In this document: positions 36,927 to 46,770 of the stretch, piece by piece | Position numbering within the stretch: the stretch's first letter is position 1 | Layout of the letters: each line of letters starts with the position of its first letter | Assembly: GCA_045133095.1 (NCBI GenBank) | Contig: JBGUTP010000004.1 | Span: 142,873 to 206,872, forward strand | Length of the DNA stretch: 64,000 nt | DNA from: Candidatus Enterousia sp. | GTDB lineage: Bacteria > Pseudomonadota > Alphaproteobacteria > Rs-D84 | Reading direction: 5' to 3' | The notes under the pieces: model-generated | Told to the model about the DNA's origin: nothing | What the model saw: the letters and a program-made list of their open reading frames with translations, nothing else | Database searches by the model: none | Translations under genes and position numbers: made by a program

Positions 36927-39065
36927 TTAATTTGTATTACCTGTTTTTTCATCTACGCCGTACATATTAGCAATCCATTCGTATTGCTTGATAGCGGTAC
37001 TGGCTGCCTCTGGCGTAATGCCATTAACACTCATACACGTTGTAACAATTGAATTACATGCCTTGATTGCAATTTTATTTTGCGTGGTCAAGGAGTAACT
37101 GCCATCTGACTTTGCTGTTACGTCGTCTTCGTCAAAATTATTCTGTCCCAGGCAAGACATAACATCAGCCATACAGTTTTCCGCAAATTCAGACAAAACT
37201 TCGTCCTGCGCCGCCTTAATCTGGGTCATGGTACGTTGCATAAAGCCGTTTATAACGTCGTTATTCGCAACATAGACACCATCTTTGTACGTGTAATCCT
37301 GACACTTATTCAAGACAGACATACACATGCCGTAGTTTTTACCATCAGAATTATAGCCTATTTTATATGCCAGGTATTTCGCCATGTCGGTCGAAGTGGT
37401 TGCAGGCAGCGTGGCATCAATTTGCGCAGTGATATAATCAGTCAAGGTCGCATCTTTGCCCCATGCATTCAAATCCGTTGAAGAAGAATCAGTTCCTGTT
37501 TTCTTAAAACTCCATGTCGTATATACGCCATCTGTGACGGGTGAAGTTACGCTGCCCGTGGTGGTTTCGACAACATTTGCCATCCCAGGAGTTGACCCCA
37601 TGACCAATTCACCATTTACAATATATTTACCACTTGGGTCCAGACAGTTTTCATAGTCGGAACCACAGGCAAAGTCGTCCTGCATACAGGAATCAAGTGC
37701 ATTGATACATCCGCGCAGGTCGTATTGATTCTTTTGTTGCGCAACCATCAAGCGCGCACGCTGTAAAACACTTTTTGCATTACGAACCGTTTGTGACATT
37801 TCTTCGTTCGTATCGGTCAATTGGCGTTCGTATGCGATACACTGCTTGTCGATTTCAAGGTCATACGCATTTGTTATAATAGAAATATCTACGCCCTGGG
37901 TCTGACAATCCGTCAGAACCGCCTTTTTACAACGAGACGTTGCGGTTTTATACAACTGTTCGCCACGTTGATTGCTGATACTGTTGGTATTAGCGGTTGA
38001 ACCACCAAACAACGACGACAAGTCAAAGCCAGTACTGCTGATATTGAAATCCAGCAGCCCAGACAGGTCAAAATTCATACCGCTGGTTTCGGTCGATGCA
38101 GCAGACCCTCCTTCGACGTCAACAATTAAACTTTTGATTCGGTCCAGGTCACGCTTTAGCGCGGTGTTGTCGGTTGTACCACTCATAACCTCTTCGGCTT
38201 CGGTTTCACTGAACAACGTTTCGATTTCGTCGCCAGTTAAACCAATGTATTGAATCTGTTGGGCGACATCCTGAAGCGCAGCCGTCGCCTGCTTTAATGC
38301 CGCTTCTGTTTCGGCATAGTTTTCCAAATTTTTGGAACAACTGCACCGTCCTTGGTTATCGTCCAGAACATTACAGAAGTTATCCATACACTGGATGTAT
38401 TGCGCCTTGCAAAAATCGGTGATTTGCGCCATTTCATCCATTGACGTCGCGACCGCCGCCACATCCGTTACAGATTTTTCTGTTGCAACATCAGTTGTTG
38501 CAGTAATTGTTGGGATACGCGCGCGGACCGCACTGGACGAGCGGGTCGCAACACGACCACTGTAGATTGGTTGATTTACGGTGTCATTTGTTGTAACAGA
38601 TGCACGCGCAACAATTGCCGGACCTGATTGCATTGCACGACGCGTTGTCGCAATTTGTGTCGCCGCACCCACACCACGTGATGGGCGCGCGCTGCGCGTT
38701 GCAACAGCCCGGGTTACCGGTGTGCGCGCCGCAGTCGTCGAACGTGCAACCGTGGCACGTGATGCCGGCCCCGTATTACGAGATGTAGTAGTACGCGCAG
38801 TAATCGTTTTTGCCCCAGAAACAGGAACAGCACGTGACGCCGCACGACCAGAAGTCGATGTGCCGCGCAAATTCGCACGCGATGCCGGAACAACAGGCGC
38901 AGCAACAACCTGGGGTGCAACCTCTTCTTCGACAACGGGCGCTTCTTCCCAGGCATCAAATTCTTCGCCAGAATATTCTATTGCTTCGTCATAATACAGG
39001 GGCGCAACCTCTGCAAATGCAGGTAAAATCAACAGACTGCTTAAAACGGCAACTAATCTCTTCAT
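36927..39065 (-). CDS. Secreted hypothetical protein with Ala/Thr/Arg/Ser-rich disordered N-terminal region and Cys-rich C-terminal domain
   Basis: Signal peptide MKRLVAVLSSLLILPAFA. Long TTSRNTGPASRATVARSTTAARTPVTR low-complexity tract. More than 20 Cys in the C-terminal half. Confidence 0.55.
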   Translation of the reverse strand: MKRLVAVLSSLLILPAFAEVAPLYYDEAIEYSGEEFDAWEEAPVVEEEVAPQVVAAPVVPASRANLRGTSTSGRAASRAVPVSGAKTITARTTTSRNTGPASRATVARSTTAARTPVTRAVATRSARPSRGVGAATQIATTRRAMQSGPAIVARASVTTNDTVNQPIYSGRVATRSSSAVRARIPTITATTDVATEKSVTDVAAVATSMDEMAQITDFCKAQYIQCMDNFCNVLDDNQGRCSCSKNLENYAETEAALKQATAALQDVAQQIQYIGLTGDEIETLFSETEAEEVMSGTTDNTALKRDLDRIKSLIVDVEGGSAASTETSGMNFDLSGLLDFNISSTGFDLSSLFGGSTANTNSISNQRGEQLYKTATSRCKKAVLTDCQTQGVDISIITNAYDLEIDKQCIAYERQLTDTNEEMSQTVRNAKSVLQRARLMVAQQKNQYDLRGCINALDSCMQDDFACGSDYENCLDPSGKYIVNGELVMGSTPGMANVVETTTGSVTSPVTDGVYTTWSFKKTGTDSSSTDLNAWGKDATLTDYITAQIDATLPATTSTDMAKYLAYKIGYNSDGKNYGMCMSVLNKCQDYTYKDGVYVANNDVINGFMQRTMTQIKAAQDEVLSEFAENCMADVMSCLGQNNFDEDDVTAKSDGSYSLTTQNKIAIKACNSIVTTCMSVNGITPEAASTAIKQYEWIANMYGVDEKTGNTN

Positions 39066-39140
39066 GATAAAATCTTCCCTTCTAATATTCTGATTTTATC
39101 ACAAAAGTCACCGTATAACAACCAAAAAAAATCAATCAGA

Positions 39141-40172
39141 CTAACGCTTTTTGTCACGCGAAGATATTTTCTGTTGCCAATTCCAGGCGGACGCCAATGT
39201 TTCACGCAATGGGGTTTTGGCACGCCAATCCAGCACACGCGCCGCCAATGTCGCATCAGCCCAAATTTCCGGCACATCACCGGGGCGACGTGCAACTATT
39301 TTGTACGGCACGTCAACACCTGTGGCAGCCTTAAATTCATTAATCAATTCCATAACGGAAACGCCACGCCCCGTCCCCAGATTAAATACAGACACACCAT
39401 CCGCCCCCGCACACATACGACGCATCGCCGCAACATGCGCCGCCGCCAGGTCATTTACGTCAATATAGTCGCGCACACAATAACCATCCGCCGTCTTGTA
39501 ATCATTGCCAAAAACACTTAGAACTTCGCGAATGCCCGCCGCAGTTTGCGTTATATAGGGCATTAAATTATTTGGAACACCACGCGGTAATTCGCCAATT
39601 AAGCCCGATGGGTGCGCACCAATCGGATTAAAATAACGCAACAGTGTTGCGCGCAACTGAGGAAACGCACAAACCGCATCGCGAATAATATTTTCGCCCA
39701 CCACCTTGGTTTGACCATAAGGAGATGTGGCAGGCTGAAGCGGGGTCTGTTCAGTAACAGGCAATTTTTCCGGAACACCATAAACCGTTGCAGACGACGA
39801 AAACACCAGACAAGAAATACCATATTCCCGCATCGCAGACAAAACATTTATCAAACCGTTTAAATTATTGCGATAATACATCAAAGGATGCGAAACCGAT
39901 TCACCAACCGCCTTGAGTGCAGCAAAATGAATCACACCAACCGCATCACTGTGTCGCGAAAAGACCTGCATCAGCGCGTCGTGGTCCGCACAGTCAACAC
40001 GTTCAAAAATCGGACGAACCCCGGTAATTTGCGCAACACCGTCAAGCGAGCCAACATCAGAATTTATCAAGTTATCAACAACAACAACTTCGAAACCTGC
40101 ATTCTGCAAAGCCACAGTCGTGTGGGTCCCCAGATAGCCGGCACCACCAGTTACAATCACTTTGTTAGACAT
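39141..40172 (-). CDS. galE: UDP-glucose 4-epimerase
   Basis: VIVTGGAGYLGTHTTVAL Rossmann motif, YxxxK region, and GalE-like length and sequence. Confidence 0.9.
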   Translation of the reverse strand: MSNKVIVTGGAGYLGTHTTVALQNAGFEVVVVDNLINSDVGSLDGVAQITGVRPIFERVDCADHDALMQVFSRHSDAVGVIHFAALKAVGESVSHPLMYYRNNLNGLINVLSAMREYGISCLVFSSSATVYGVPEKLPVTEQTPLQPATSPYGQTKVVGENIIRDAVCAFPQLRATLLRYFNPIGAHPSGLIGELPRGVPNNLMPYITQTAAGIREVLSVFGNDYKTADGYCVRDYIDVNDLAAAHVAAMRRMCAGADGVSVFNLGTGRGVSVMELINEFKAATGVDVPYKIVARRPGDVPEIWADATLAARVLDWRAKTPLRETLASAWNWQQKISSRDKKR

Positions 40173-40338
40173 GCATAAACCCCCTTGGCTGTTTTGGTAT
40201 TCTGAATTGGATTATATATCGACAAAAGAATACATGCAAAGGCAATTTTTCCTAATTCATTAAAAAATATAATGATTTTTTCTTGCGAGCATGTTAAGAT
40301 TTATCTATAATCGCCAAAAAAAATAGGAAGCACACAAA

Positions 40339-41928
40339 ATGTCCGTAGTAAAAAAAGTAGCAGCATGGATATTGGCTTTGCCACTGATGGGATGCACAAC
40401 CGTTCCAACCAGCATGAACGACCCACGATTGGACAACTATCACCCAAAAGTAACTTCGGCAGATTTTGACTATAACCCATACAGCACACCTATTGCGCAA
40501 TGTTATGCAAACGAACTGTCATCGGGCGACGATGTGTCGGGTGCAACACTTATTGAAGACGGACTGTCCGCATTTGTTATTCGTTCCGCATTTGCGCGAA
40601 TGGCAACAAAAACTATTGATTTGCAAACCTATATTTACAGCAACGACTTTTCATCCAAGGTTTTAATTGGCGAACTTAAAAACGCAGCGGACCGTGGGGT
40701 AAAAATCCGAATACTGTTGGACGATTATGGAACAAATTCTGATATCGTTGATGTTATGTTACTGAATCAACATCCTAATATCGAAGTCAAAGTTTTTAAC
40801 ACCGTCAGCAACCGTTCAAAAATTCTGTACTATCCACAATTCATAGCGGACTTTAATCGCCTTAATTCACGCATGCATAATAAGTTATTCATTGTAGATA
40901 ACGTCGCGTACATAACAGGCGGACGAAATGTTGGCAGTAACTATTTCTATCCGGAAACCGCGTCTAACTTTTCCGACACAGACGTTCTGTTTATCGGGAA
41001 TATGACACGCTATGCAACCGACAGTTTTAACGAATACTGGAATCACCACCTGTCAATTCCGGCATCAGTATTCCCAAAGGCAAAATCAAAAAAGGCATTA
41101 AAGAAACTTGAAAAAACTTTTGCCGATTTAGAATACCGCAGCGCAGAAGACGTCAGACGATATAACACCATAATTTCCATGGCACAACGTGAATATAAAC
41201 ATAAAAAATTTGACTTCAGTTGGGGACGCGGAAAGTTCTTGGCAGACCCACCCGAAAAGGTCGAAATGTCAATGGAAGAAAAAGAAAATTATCGGGGCGA
41301 TATTGTCAAGGCACTGCAGCACCTGTGGAACAAAACAACAGATTCTGTTTATATGTCAGCAGCATACTTTGTGCCGGGACAAGGTGGATTAGAACATATT
41401 CTGCGTGAAGAAAATTCTGGGGTTCACATGACAATTGTAACCAATTCCCTGGCATCAACAAACGCACCAACAGTCTATGCAAAATGGGAAAAATATCGCA
41501 AGCAATTAATTGAATCTGGGGCGGACGTGTATGAATTTATGGTGTCTGCGGAAAACCTGCGCGGAAAAGAACACGACCGTGAACGCAAGCAGTCAAGTTT
41601 TTCCGTTCTGCACAGCAAAACCATGGTCTTTGACGACGATATTTCATGGATAGGCAGTTTTAACCTTGACCCACGAAGCGCGTACTATAACACGGAAAAC
41701 GTCGCAATATTCGAAAGTCACGATTTTGCAACAAAATTGCGCGACATGATTATCAAAGACACACAAACGTCTTGGCGGGTGACATTGGACGAAAATGAAA
41801 ATCCTGTTTGGACCGGACGACGTCCAGGCGATACCGCACCACGCGTATATAAGCACGCGCCAGACACCGGGATATTTAGACGAATCTGGAAAAACATCAG
41901 TAATCTGGTTCCAGAAAAATTTGTATAA
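40339..41928 (+). CDS. Phospholipase D-family lipoprotein (two HKD motifs; cardiolipin-synthase/PLD-like)
   Basis: Lipobox LPLMGC. HNKLFIVDNVAYITGGRNVGSNYF and HSKTMVFDDDISWIGSFNLDPRS HxKxxxxD motifs. Confidence 0.8.
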   Translation: MSVVKKVAAWILALPLMGCTTVPTSMNDPRLDNYHPKVTSADFDYNPYSTPIAQCYANELSSGDDVSGATLIEDGLSAFVIRSAFARMATKTIDLQTYIYSNDFSSKVLIGELKNAADRGVKIRILLDDYGTNSDIVDVMLLNQHPNIEVKVFNTVSNRSKILYYPQFIADFNRLNSRMHNKLFIVDNVAYITGGRNVGSNYFYPETASNFSDTDVLFIGNMTRYATDSFNEYWNHHLSIPASVFPKAKSKKALKKLEKTFADLEYRSAEDVRRYNTIISMAQREYKHKKFDFSWGRGKFLADPPEKVEMSMEEKENYRGDIVKALQHLWNKTTDSVYMSAAYFVPGQGGLEHILREENSGVHMTIVTNSLASTNAPTVYAKWEKYRKQLIESGADVYEFMVSAENLRGKEHDRERKQSSFSVLHSKTMVFDDDISWIGSFNLDPRSAYYNTENVAIFESHDFATKLRDMIIKDTQTSWRVTLDENENPVWTGRRPGDTAPRVYKHAPDTGIFRRIWKNISNLVPEKFV

Positions 41929-41956
41929 AAAAAATCCCCAGCCAGGGGATTTTTTA
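41929..41956. terminator. Bidirectional hairpin terminator
   Basis: aaaaaaatccccagccaggggatttttt between convergent genes. Confidence 0.6.
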
Positions 41957-42286
41957 ATGACCATGCGCAAATAAATGCAAAATCAAACTGACCACAAAAA
42001 CAACAGTTATCAAAGCCAAAATTATCTTTTGAACCCTGTGTGATTTTGTGCCGTCACAATGTTCGCACGAACATTCGCAATCACGCGAAACCAACCACCA
42101 CGATAGCCCCAACATCGCCCCAGAAAACACAAACAACCATGGTTCCATCCAATGTGGCAACAGATGAAAATGCGCAGCATCCGGTGCAACCAGACCAATA
42201 AGCGCCAACACCATCGGCACACCACAACAAAACACGTGTGGTAATATTGTCGCCAAAATTCCAAATTTAACCGCTTTGTTTTTCAT
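41954..42286 (-). CDS. Small polytopic membrane protein with CC and CxCxCxxC motifs (MerT-like, tentative)
   Basis: The Met at 42286 gives MKNKAVKFGILATILPHVFCCGVP... A vicinal Cys pair sits in the first TM helix and a CECSCEHC loop follows, reminiscent of MerT. Confidence 0.3.
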   Translation of the reverse strand: MKNKAVKFGILATILPHVFCCGVPMVLALIGLVAPDAAHFHLLPHWMEPWLFVFSGAMLGLSWWLVSRDCECSCEHCDGTKSHRVQKIILALITVVFVVSLILHLFAHGH

Positions 42287-42379
42287 ATCTTTTCCTGTGC
42301 GTTCGATTATACATTTGTTTTTACATATATCAATTACAAATTTATTGACAATATTCCTGGGTGTGATAGAACACAATTA

Positions 42380-43270
42380 ATGACAAAGAAAACCGGCTTT
42401 TTTATCAGTCCAGACTATCCATTCCAAGACAAATCCAGCGTCTATGTTTTTTCAAATGAAAATGTGATTGGGTGTGCAGATGCGCTTTGTGGCAGTCCAG
42501 GCAAGGACTTGTCTGAGAAACAAGTGCTAAGTGTGTGCGCATCGGGAGACCATGCACTTGAAGCATACTATAGACATGCAGATAACGTGGACACTTTTGA
42601 TATAAATTCGTACCAGTCGTGCATTTATGAATTAAAAAACCATTTCTTGCACCACCTTAGATACGAAGATTTTCTGGACTTTTTTCTAAGCCAGAAAAAA
42701 TTTTTTGATTTAAAAATGTTACAGCCCATTGAACACGCGTTTTCGCCATATCTGATAGAATTCCTGAGGTGGCATAAACGTGAAGACAAAAGCAAAAACA
42801 GTCGAATGTTAAGGGGGTATAGACACGACACAATCCCTGACGTTTCTTTTCTGAAAAGCGCATACGATTTTCAAGCAACCGCGGACCGTACGCCAAAGGT
42901 CATAAACTTTGCACATTGCGATATTCGCGGTCTGACCGCACAATTTCAAAAGAAATATGACATTATTATTCTGTCGAATATTTTTGACTATTTGTATCCC
43001 GACACTGTGTCATACGAAGAAAAAATGAAACTGTTTTATAATCAGATTCTGGCACAACTGGCGGCAAATAATTTAAAAGACAATGGCACAATATGCGCAC
43101 ATTACACATGGGGCGAAAATCCAATTGCATGGACGGAATTTGCACACTATTTCCAAAACAAACACATAACCAATCCACACCACAAACTGCAAATACGATG
43201 CGCAATGGAACGCACAAAAAACCAGTGCGATTTGGTAACATTATTAAAACAGAATAAAATGCAAAAATAA
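42380..43270 (+). CDS. Hypothetical protein, class-I SAM-methyltransferase-like motifs (tentative)
   Basis: VLSVCASGDHALEAY (motif I-like), DTFDINSY (motif II-like), YDIIILSNIFDYL (motif IV-like). Confidence 0.35.
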   Translation: MTKKTGFFISPDYPFQDKSSVYVFSNENVIGCADALCGSPGKDLSEKQVLSVCASGDHALEAYYRHADNVDTFDINSYQSCIYELKNHFLHHLRYEDFLDFFLSQKKFFDLKMLQPIEHAFSPYLIEFLRWHKREDKSKNSRMLRGYRHDTIPDVSFLKSAYDFQATADRTPKVINFAHCDIRGLTAQFQKKYDIIILSNIFDYLYPDTVSYEEKMKLFYNQILAQLAANNLKDNGTICAHYTWGENPIAWTEFAHYFQNKHITNPHHKLQIRCAMERTKNQCDLVTLLKQNKMQK

Positions 43271-43275
43271 AAAAG

Positions 43276-43351
43276 TGGCGTTCCCACCAGGGCTCGAACC
43301 TGGATTTAATTCTTAGGAGGAATTTGTTCTATCCTGTTGAACTATGGGAAC
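43276..43351 (-). tRNA. tRNA-Arg (anticodon CCT), CCA encoded
   Basis: Reverse complement folds as GTTCCCA-TA-GTTCAACAGGATAGAAC-A-AATTC-CTCCTAA-GAATT-AAATC-CCAGG-TTCGAGC-CCTGG-TGGGAAC-G-CCA. T-loop TTCGAGC. Confidence 0.85.
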
Positions 43352-43468
43352 GACAAAGACAATAATAAATCATAGAAGAAAAACTTGCAATAAAATATTC
43401 ACCCACTGTTGACAAAACTATATTTTTGTGTACAATTGTCCTCGAAATTAAAATTAAGGATTTATTTT

Positions 43469-44014
43469 ATGGCGAAAGACAATAAATGTTTGGCAAGTTG
43501 GATAGACAAGGAAACCGGTGAAAACACTATTGGTTTTATCGACATCTTTGACATCCCGTACGACATTATGGACACAGAATGTGGACTGGCGATTTGGGGT
43601 AACTTGGAACTGGGGCGATGCAAAAATCGCGAATGGCCAGATTTGTCAAACGTTTATGTTTCCGGCGCTTTTAATTGTTCGGACTTTACAATCGGACCTG
43701 ATACCGTGCTGCCCCAGGAAATGCGATTGCTGGACTGTTCGCACGCAATCAGCGATTTGGAAGTACTGAACGACAAGCTGCCCGCAACAGTAAGCACCAT
43801 AATCGTACGTACCGCCATATTGAATAATATCAAAAATGATAAAAATGGCGCGTTGGATATCGCACGACGTTTCGCCGATAAATACTCGTCCATTACGGTA
43901 ACGGATGGAAAACGTACCTTGGAAGATATCTTTTATGAAATAGAACAAAAGAAAGCAAAAGAAAAAGAAGTACAAAGCAAGACGCCAGAAAAAAAAGCAA
44001 ACCGTGGAATTTAA
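43469..44014 (+). CDS. Hypothetical protein
   Basis: The Met at 43469 is preceded by aaggat. No recognisable domain. Lys/Glu-rich C-terminal tail. Confidence 0.4.
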   Translation: MAKDNKCLASWIDKETGENTIGFIDIFDIPYDIMDTECGLAIWGNLELGRCKNREWPDLSNVYVSGAFNCSDFTIGPDTVLPQEMRLLDCSHAISDLEVLNDKLPATVSTIIVRTAILNNIKNDKNGALDIARRFADKYSSITVTDGKRTLEDIFYEIEQKKAKEKEVQSKTPEKKANRGI

Positions 44015-45239
44015 GAAAAAAACCGACGAATGGCTTACAACCGACGAAACGGTCGCCCTTTGCAAACAGCATTCGAAAATCATAGCCGAATATCCAGAAG
44101 ACAAACTGGCACGCCTGGTGCAAATCGCGCGTTCACCAAAAACTCATCTGGGGGTTAAGTCGGAAATACTGCTGCGCGACGACAACGCACAAGTCTTGTG
44201 CGTAAATAAAAACGATATCGATTTAATCGCAAATTACATCTTGGAAAGCATCAAGAACGAACAAAGCAACCAAGGCAAAAAAGAAACTAAAAAGCAAAAG
44301 GCAGCCCAGACAGAAAAACCAACACCAAAGACGGAACCACAAAACACAACAAAACCCACCGTTTTTCATGTTGGAAACCGCGATGTGCAAGAAGTAGAAA
44401 TAAAAAAATACATACCTAAAAAAGTATATGCCAGCATTCGTGCAAAATGCGGAACCAATACCGATACACTGCGTGAAGTACTGCAGGAAATAAACAAGAT
44501 AAACATCAATCCCGCAGGAACAGACGGCAACAAGGTTGTATATATCGAAAATGGCGAAGTCAGGATTTCTTTGACAGTAAAATTTAAAAGCGCAAGATGC
44601 CTGTGCCAGGGATTTTCAGGAACAGATGACAGCGCGCGTATCGTTTGGGGCGTAAGTGGAAACACTTTTGTCGCGACAGACTTTTTCAAAGAACACGAAC
44701 ACTGTAAAAATAAATACCAATCTGTTATACGAAACATGAATATAGATTTGGCTTCGTTGAATCTGGACGATTTTCTGTTGGTCGAAAATCTGATAAAGGA
44801 TTTATCAGACAACAGCACACCGCCAGAACCAAAACCAGAACCGAAGCCAGAGCCAAAACCAAAACAAAAGAAAACAACCAAGATGGTGACGTCCGAAAAT
44901 CAGGCGGACACAGTTGATGCAACAACTGTTGCACCACAGGTCGAAAACACGGTAAAAAAGCAGACAAAACCCAAGACAACAAAAACAATCAATTGGGTCG
45001 AAATGTATTCTGTACATCACAATCTGACATCAACGCTGGCCAGACTGGCAACCGCACAGTCAATATTGCTGGAACAGATGCGAAACGAAAAAAACACCGC
45101 TAATTTAATAGCGCAGAACGACAGTTTGCAACAGATACTGCAGCACAAAAAGAAATACGAAGCCGCAAGCAAAAAAATTAAAGAATTTAATACATGGTTG
45201 GCAGAACTGCAAGAAGAACTGAAGCAAAATACAAAATAA
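44004..45239 (+). CDS. Hypothetical Lys/Glu-rich protein with PEPK repeats and C-terminal coiled coil
   Basis: PPEPKPEPKPEPKPKQKK repeat. Basic low-complexity stretches. C-terminal heptad-like ELQEELKQ. Confidence 0.45.
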   Translation: MEFKKKTDEWLTTDETVALCKQHSKIIAEYPEDKLARLVQIARSPKTHLGVKSEILLRDDNAQVLCVNKNDIDLIANYILESIKNEQSNQGKKETKKQKAAQTEKPTPKTEPQNTTKPTVFHVGNRDVQEVEIKKYIPKKVYASIRAKCGTNTDTLREVLQEINKININPAGTDGNKVVYIENGEVRISLTVKFKSARCLCQGFSGTDDSARIVWGVSGNTFVATDFFKEHEHCKNKYQSVIRNMNIDLASLNLDDFLLVENLIKDLSDNSTPPEPKPEPKPEPKPKQKKTTKMVTSENQADTVDATTVAPQVENTVKKQTKPKTTKTINWVEMYSVHHNLTSTLARLATAQSILLEQMRNEKNTANLIAQNDSLQQILQHKKKYEAASKKIKEFNTWLAELQEELKQNTK

Positions 45240-45262
45240 AGCCGGGGTCACCCGGTTTTATC
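45240..45262 (+). terminator. Rho-independent terminator
   Basis: gccggggtcacccggtttta. Confidence 0.5.
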
Positions 45263-45355
45263 TTATGATAAAAATCCAAACAATTTAATATTGCAAGTTG
45301 GGTCCGCGGGCTGTATAATGCCTGGGCTAAAAAATCAACAGGAAGGACACACAGC

Positions 45356-46294
45356 ATGGGCAGCAGGTTAATCGGTTATGGTTCTTATCTTCCAGAACGC
45401 ATAATGACTAATCAGGATTTCGAAAAAATTATGGACACGTCCGACGAATGGATTGTTCAACGCACAGGAATCCGCGAACGTCACTTTGCCGAACCCGACG
45501 AAACCGTGGCAACAATGGCAACAACCGCGGCACAGCGCGCACTGGATAACGCCGGGATAACAATCGACGATATTGACCTTATCATTGTCGCAACAACAAC
45601 ACCAGAATTGGACTTTCCATCCGTTGGCGTTCAGGTTGCAGGAAGACTGGGTGCAAAAAATAACCTGCCCGCATTTGACGTGCGCGGCGCATGCACAGGA
45701 TATATTTACGCGTTGCATTGCGCCAGGGCCTTTTTCACATCTGGGATGCACCACAGAATCATGATAATCGGTGCAGAAAAAATGACACGCTTTGTCGATA
45801 TGACCGACCGTTCAACCGCGGTTTTATTTGGCGATGGCGCAGGCGCACTGATATTCGAACAATCTTCGTCAAGTTATTCTGGAATTATCGATACAGTCGT
45901 TATGGCAGATGGGAAAGAGTTCGAATGCCTGCATGGGTCAGACGACCATAAAATTATAATGAACGGACCGGAAACATATAAAAAAGCAGTACAATGTATG
46001 CCTGCGGCGGCGGAATACATTATGCAACACGCCGGAATTACCGCACAGAATGTCGATTGGATTATTCCACATCAGGCAAACCTGCGTATCATCAGCAGTT
46101 GCGCAGAAAAATTGGACTTTCCACTGGAAAAAATATTGGTTACCGTCGATAAGCACGCCAACACCAGTGGGGCATCAGGCGTTTTAGCACTGGCATATGC
46201 GTTTGATAATGATATAATCAAACACGGTCAGTTGATTTTATATCCTGCATTCGGCAGCGGTCTGACATGGGGCGCCGCATTGATAAGAGTTTAA
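45356..46294 (+). CDS. fabH: 3-oxoacyl-ACP synthase III
   Basis: N-terminal GYGSYLPERIMTNQDFEKIMDTSDEWIVQRTGIRERHFA and active-site Cys region RGACTGYIYAL. Confidence 0.9.
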   Translation: MGSRLIGYGSYLPERIMTNQDFEKIMDTSDEWIVQRTGIRERHFAEPDETVATMATTAAQRALDNAGITIDDIDLIIVATTTPELDFPSVGVQVAGRLGAKNNLPAFDVRGACTGYIYALHCARAFFTSGMHHRIMIIGAEKMTRFVDMTDRSTAVLFGDGAGALIFEQSSSSYSGIIDTVVMADGKEFECLHGSDDHKIIMNGPETYKKAVQCMPAAAEYIMQHAGITAQNVDWIIPHQANLRIISSCAEKLDFPLEKILVTVDKHANTSGASGVLALAYAFDNDIIKHGQLILYPAFGSGLTWGAALIRV

Positions 46295-46329
46295 TAAACA
46301 CAATAATGATTATGGGGGTAAGAAAAAAA

Positions 46330-46620
46330 ATGGCAACAATAACAAGAAGCGATTTTGCAGAAAGATTACGCGAGAAATTTGGACTGACAACCGCGGATGC
46401 ATATAAAATGGTAGATGTCGTATTTGACGAAATTCGTGATGCACTGATTCATGGCGAAGAAGTTAAGTTCGCAGGATTTGGTAGTTTTAAAATTTTGAAA
46501 AAAAATGCACGCATGGGGCGCAACCCAAAAACAGGACAGTCCGCAGTGATTACCGCGCGACGCGTCGCAACATTCCGCCCCAGCAATGAATTTAGAAAAC
46601 GTGTCGCAGACGGCGAATAA
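46330..46620 (+). CDS. ihfA: Integration host factor alpha subunit
   Basis: MATITRSDFAERLREKFGLT...GFGSFKILKKNARMGRNPKTGQSAVITARRVATFRPS matches the IHF/HU pattern. The fabH-ihfA order is typical of alphaproteobacteria. Confidence 0.85.
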   Translation: MATITRSDFAERLREKFGLTTADAYKMVDVVFDEIRDALIHGEEVKFAGFGSFKILKKNARMGRNPKTGQSAVITARRVATFRPSNEFRKRVADGE

Positions 46621-46650
46621 AAAGACCCCCAAAATTTTGGGGGATTTTTT
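46621..46650 (+). terminator. Rho-independent terminator
   Basis: cccccaaaattttggggg followed by ATTTTTT. Confidence 0.7.
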
Positions 46651-46770
46651 AAGTCCACGCACAAAAGCACCATTAAAAAACGCCGTCGCCAATTACTTGA
46701 CGACGACGGCTCCCTTCCTTCCGGTTATCCGGAAACTGTGTGCGTTCATTTCCGCGCCATTGGCAACCAA

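Noticed and set aside
38332-39067. GC-rich ORFs on both strands (38581-38994 +, 38714-38959 -, 38810-39067 +), which could look like a foreign GC-rich insert
   Set aside because: They overlap the Ala/Thr/Arg low-complexity region of the 712-aa secreted protein. The compositional shift is explained by that coding repeat and not by separate genes.
40294-40500. Minus-strand ORFs overlapping the start of the PLD gene
   Set aside because: Antisense to a lipoprotein gene with clear signal peptide and HKD motifs.
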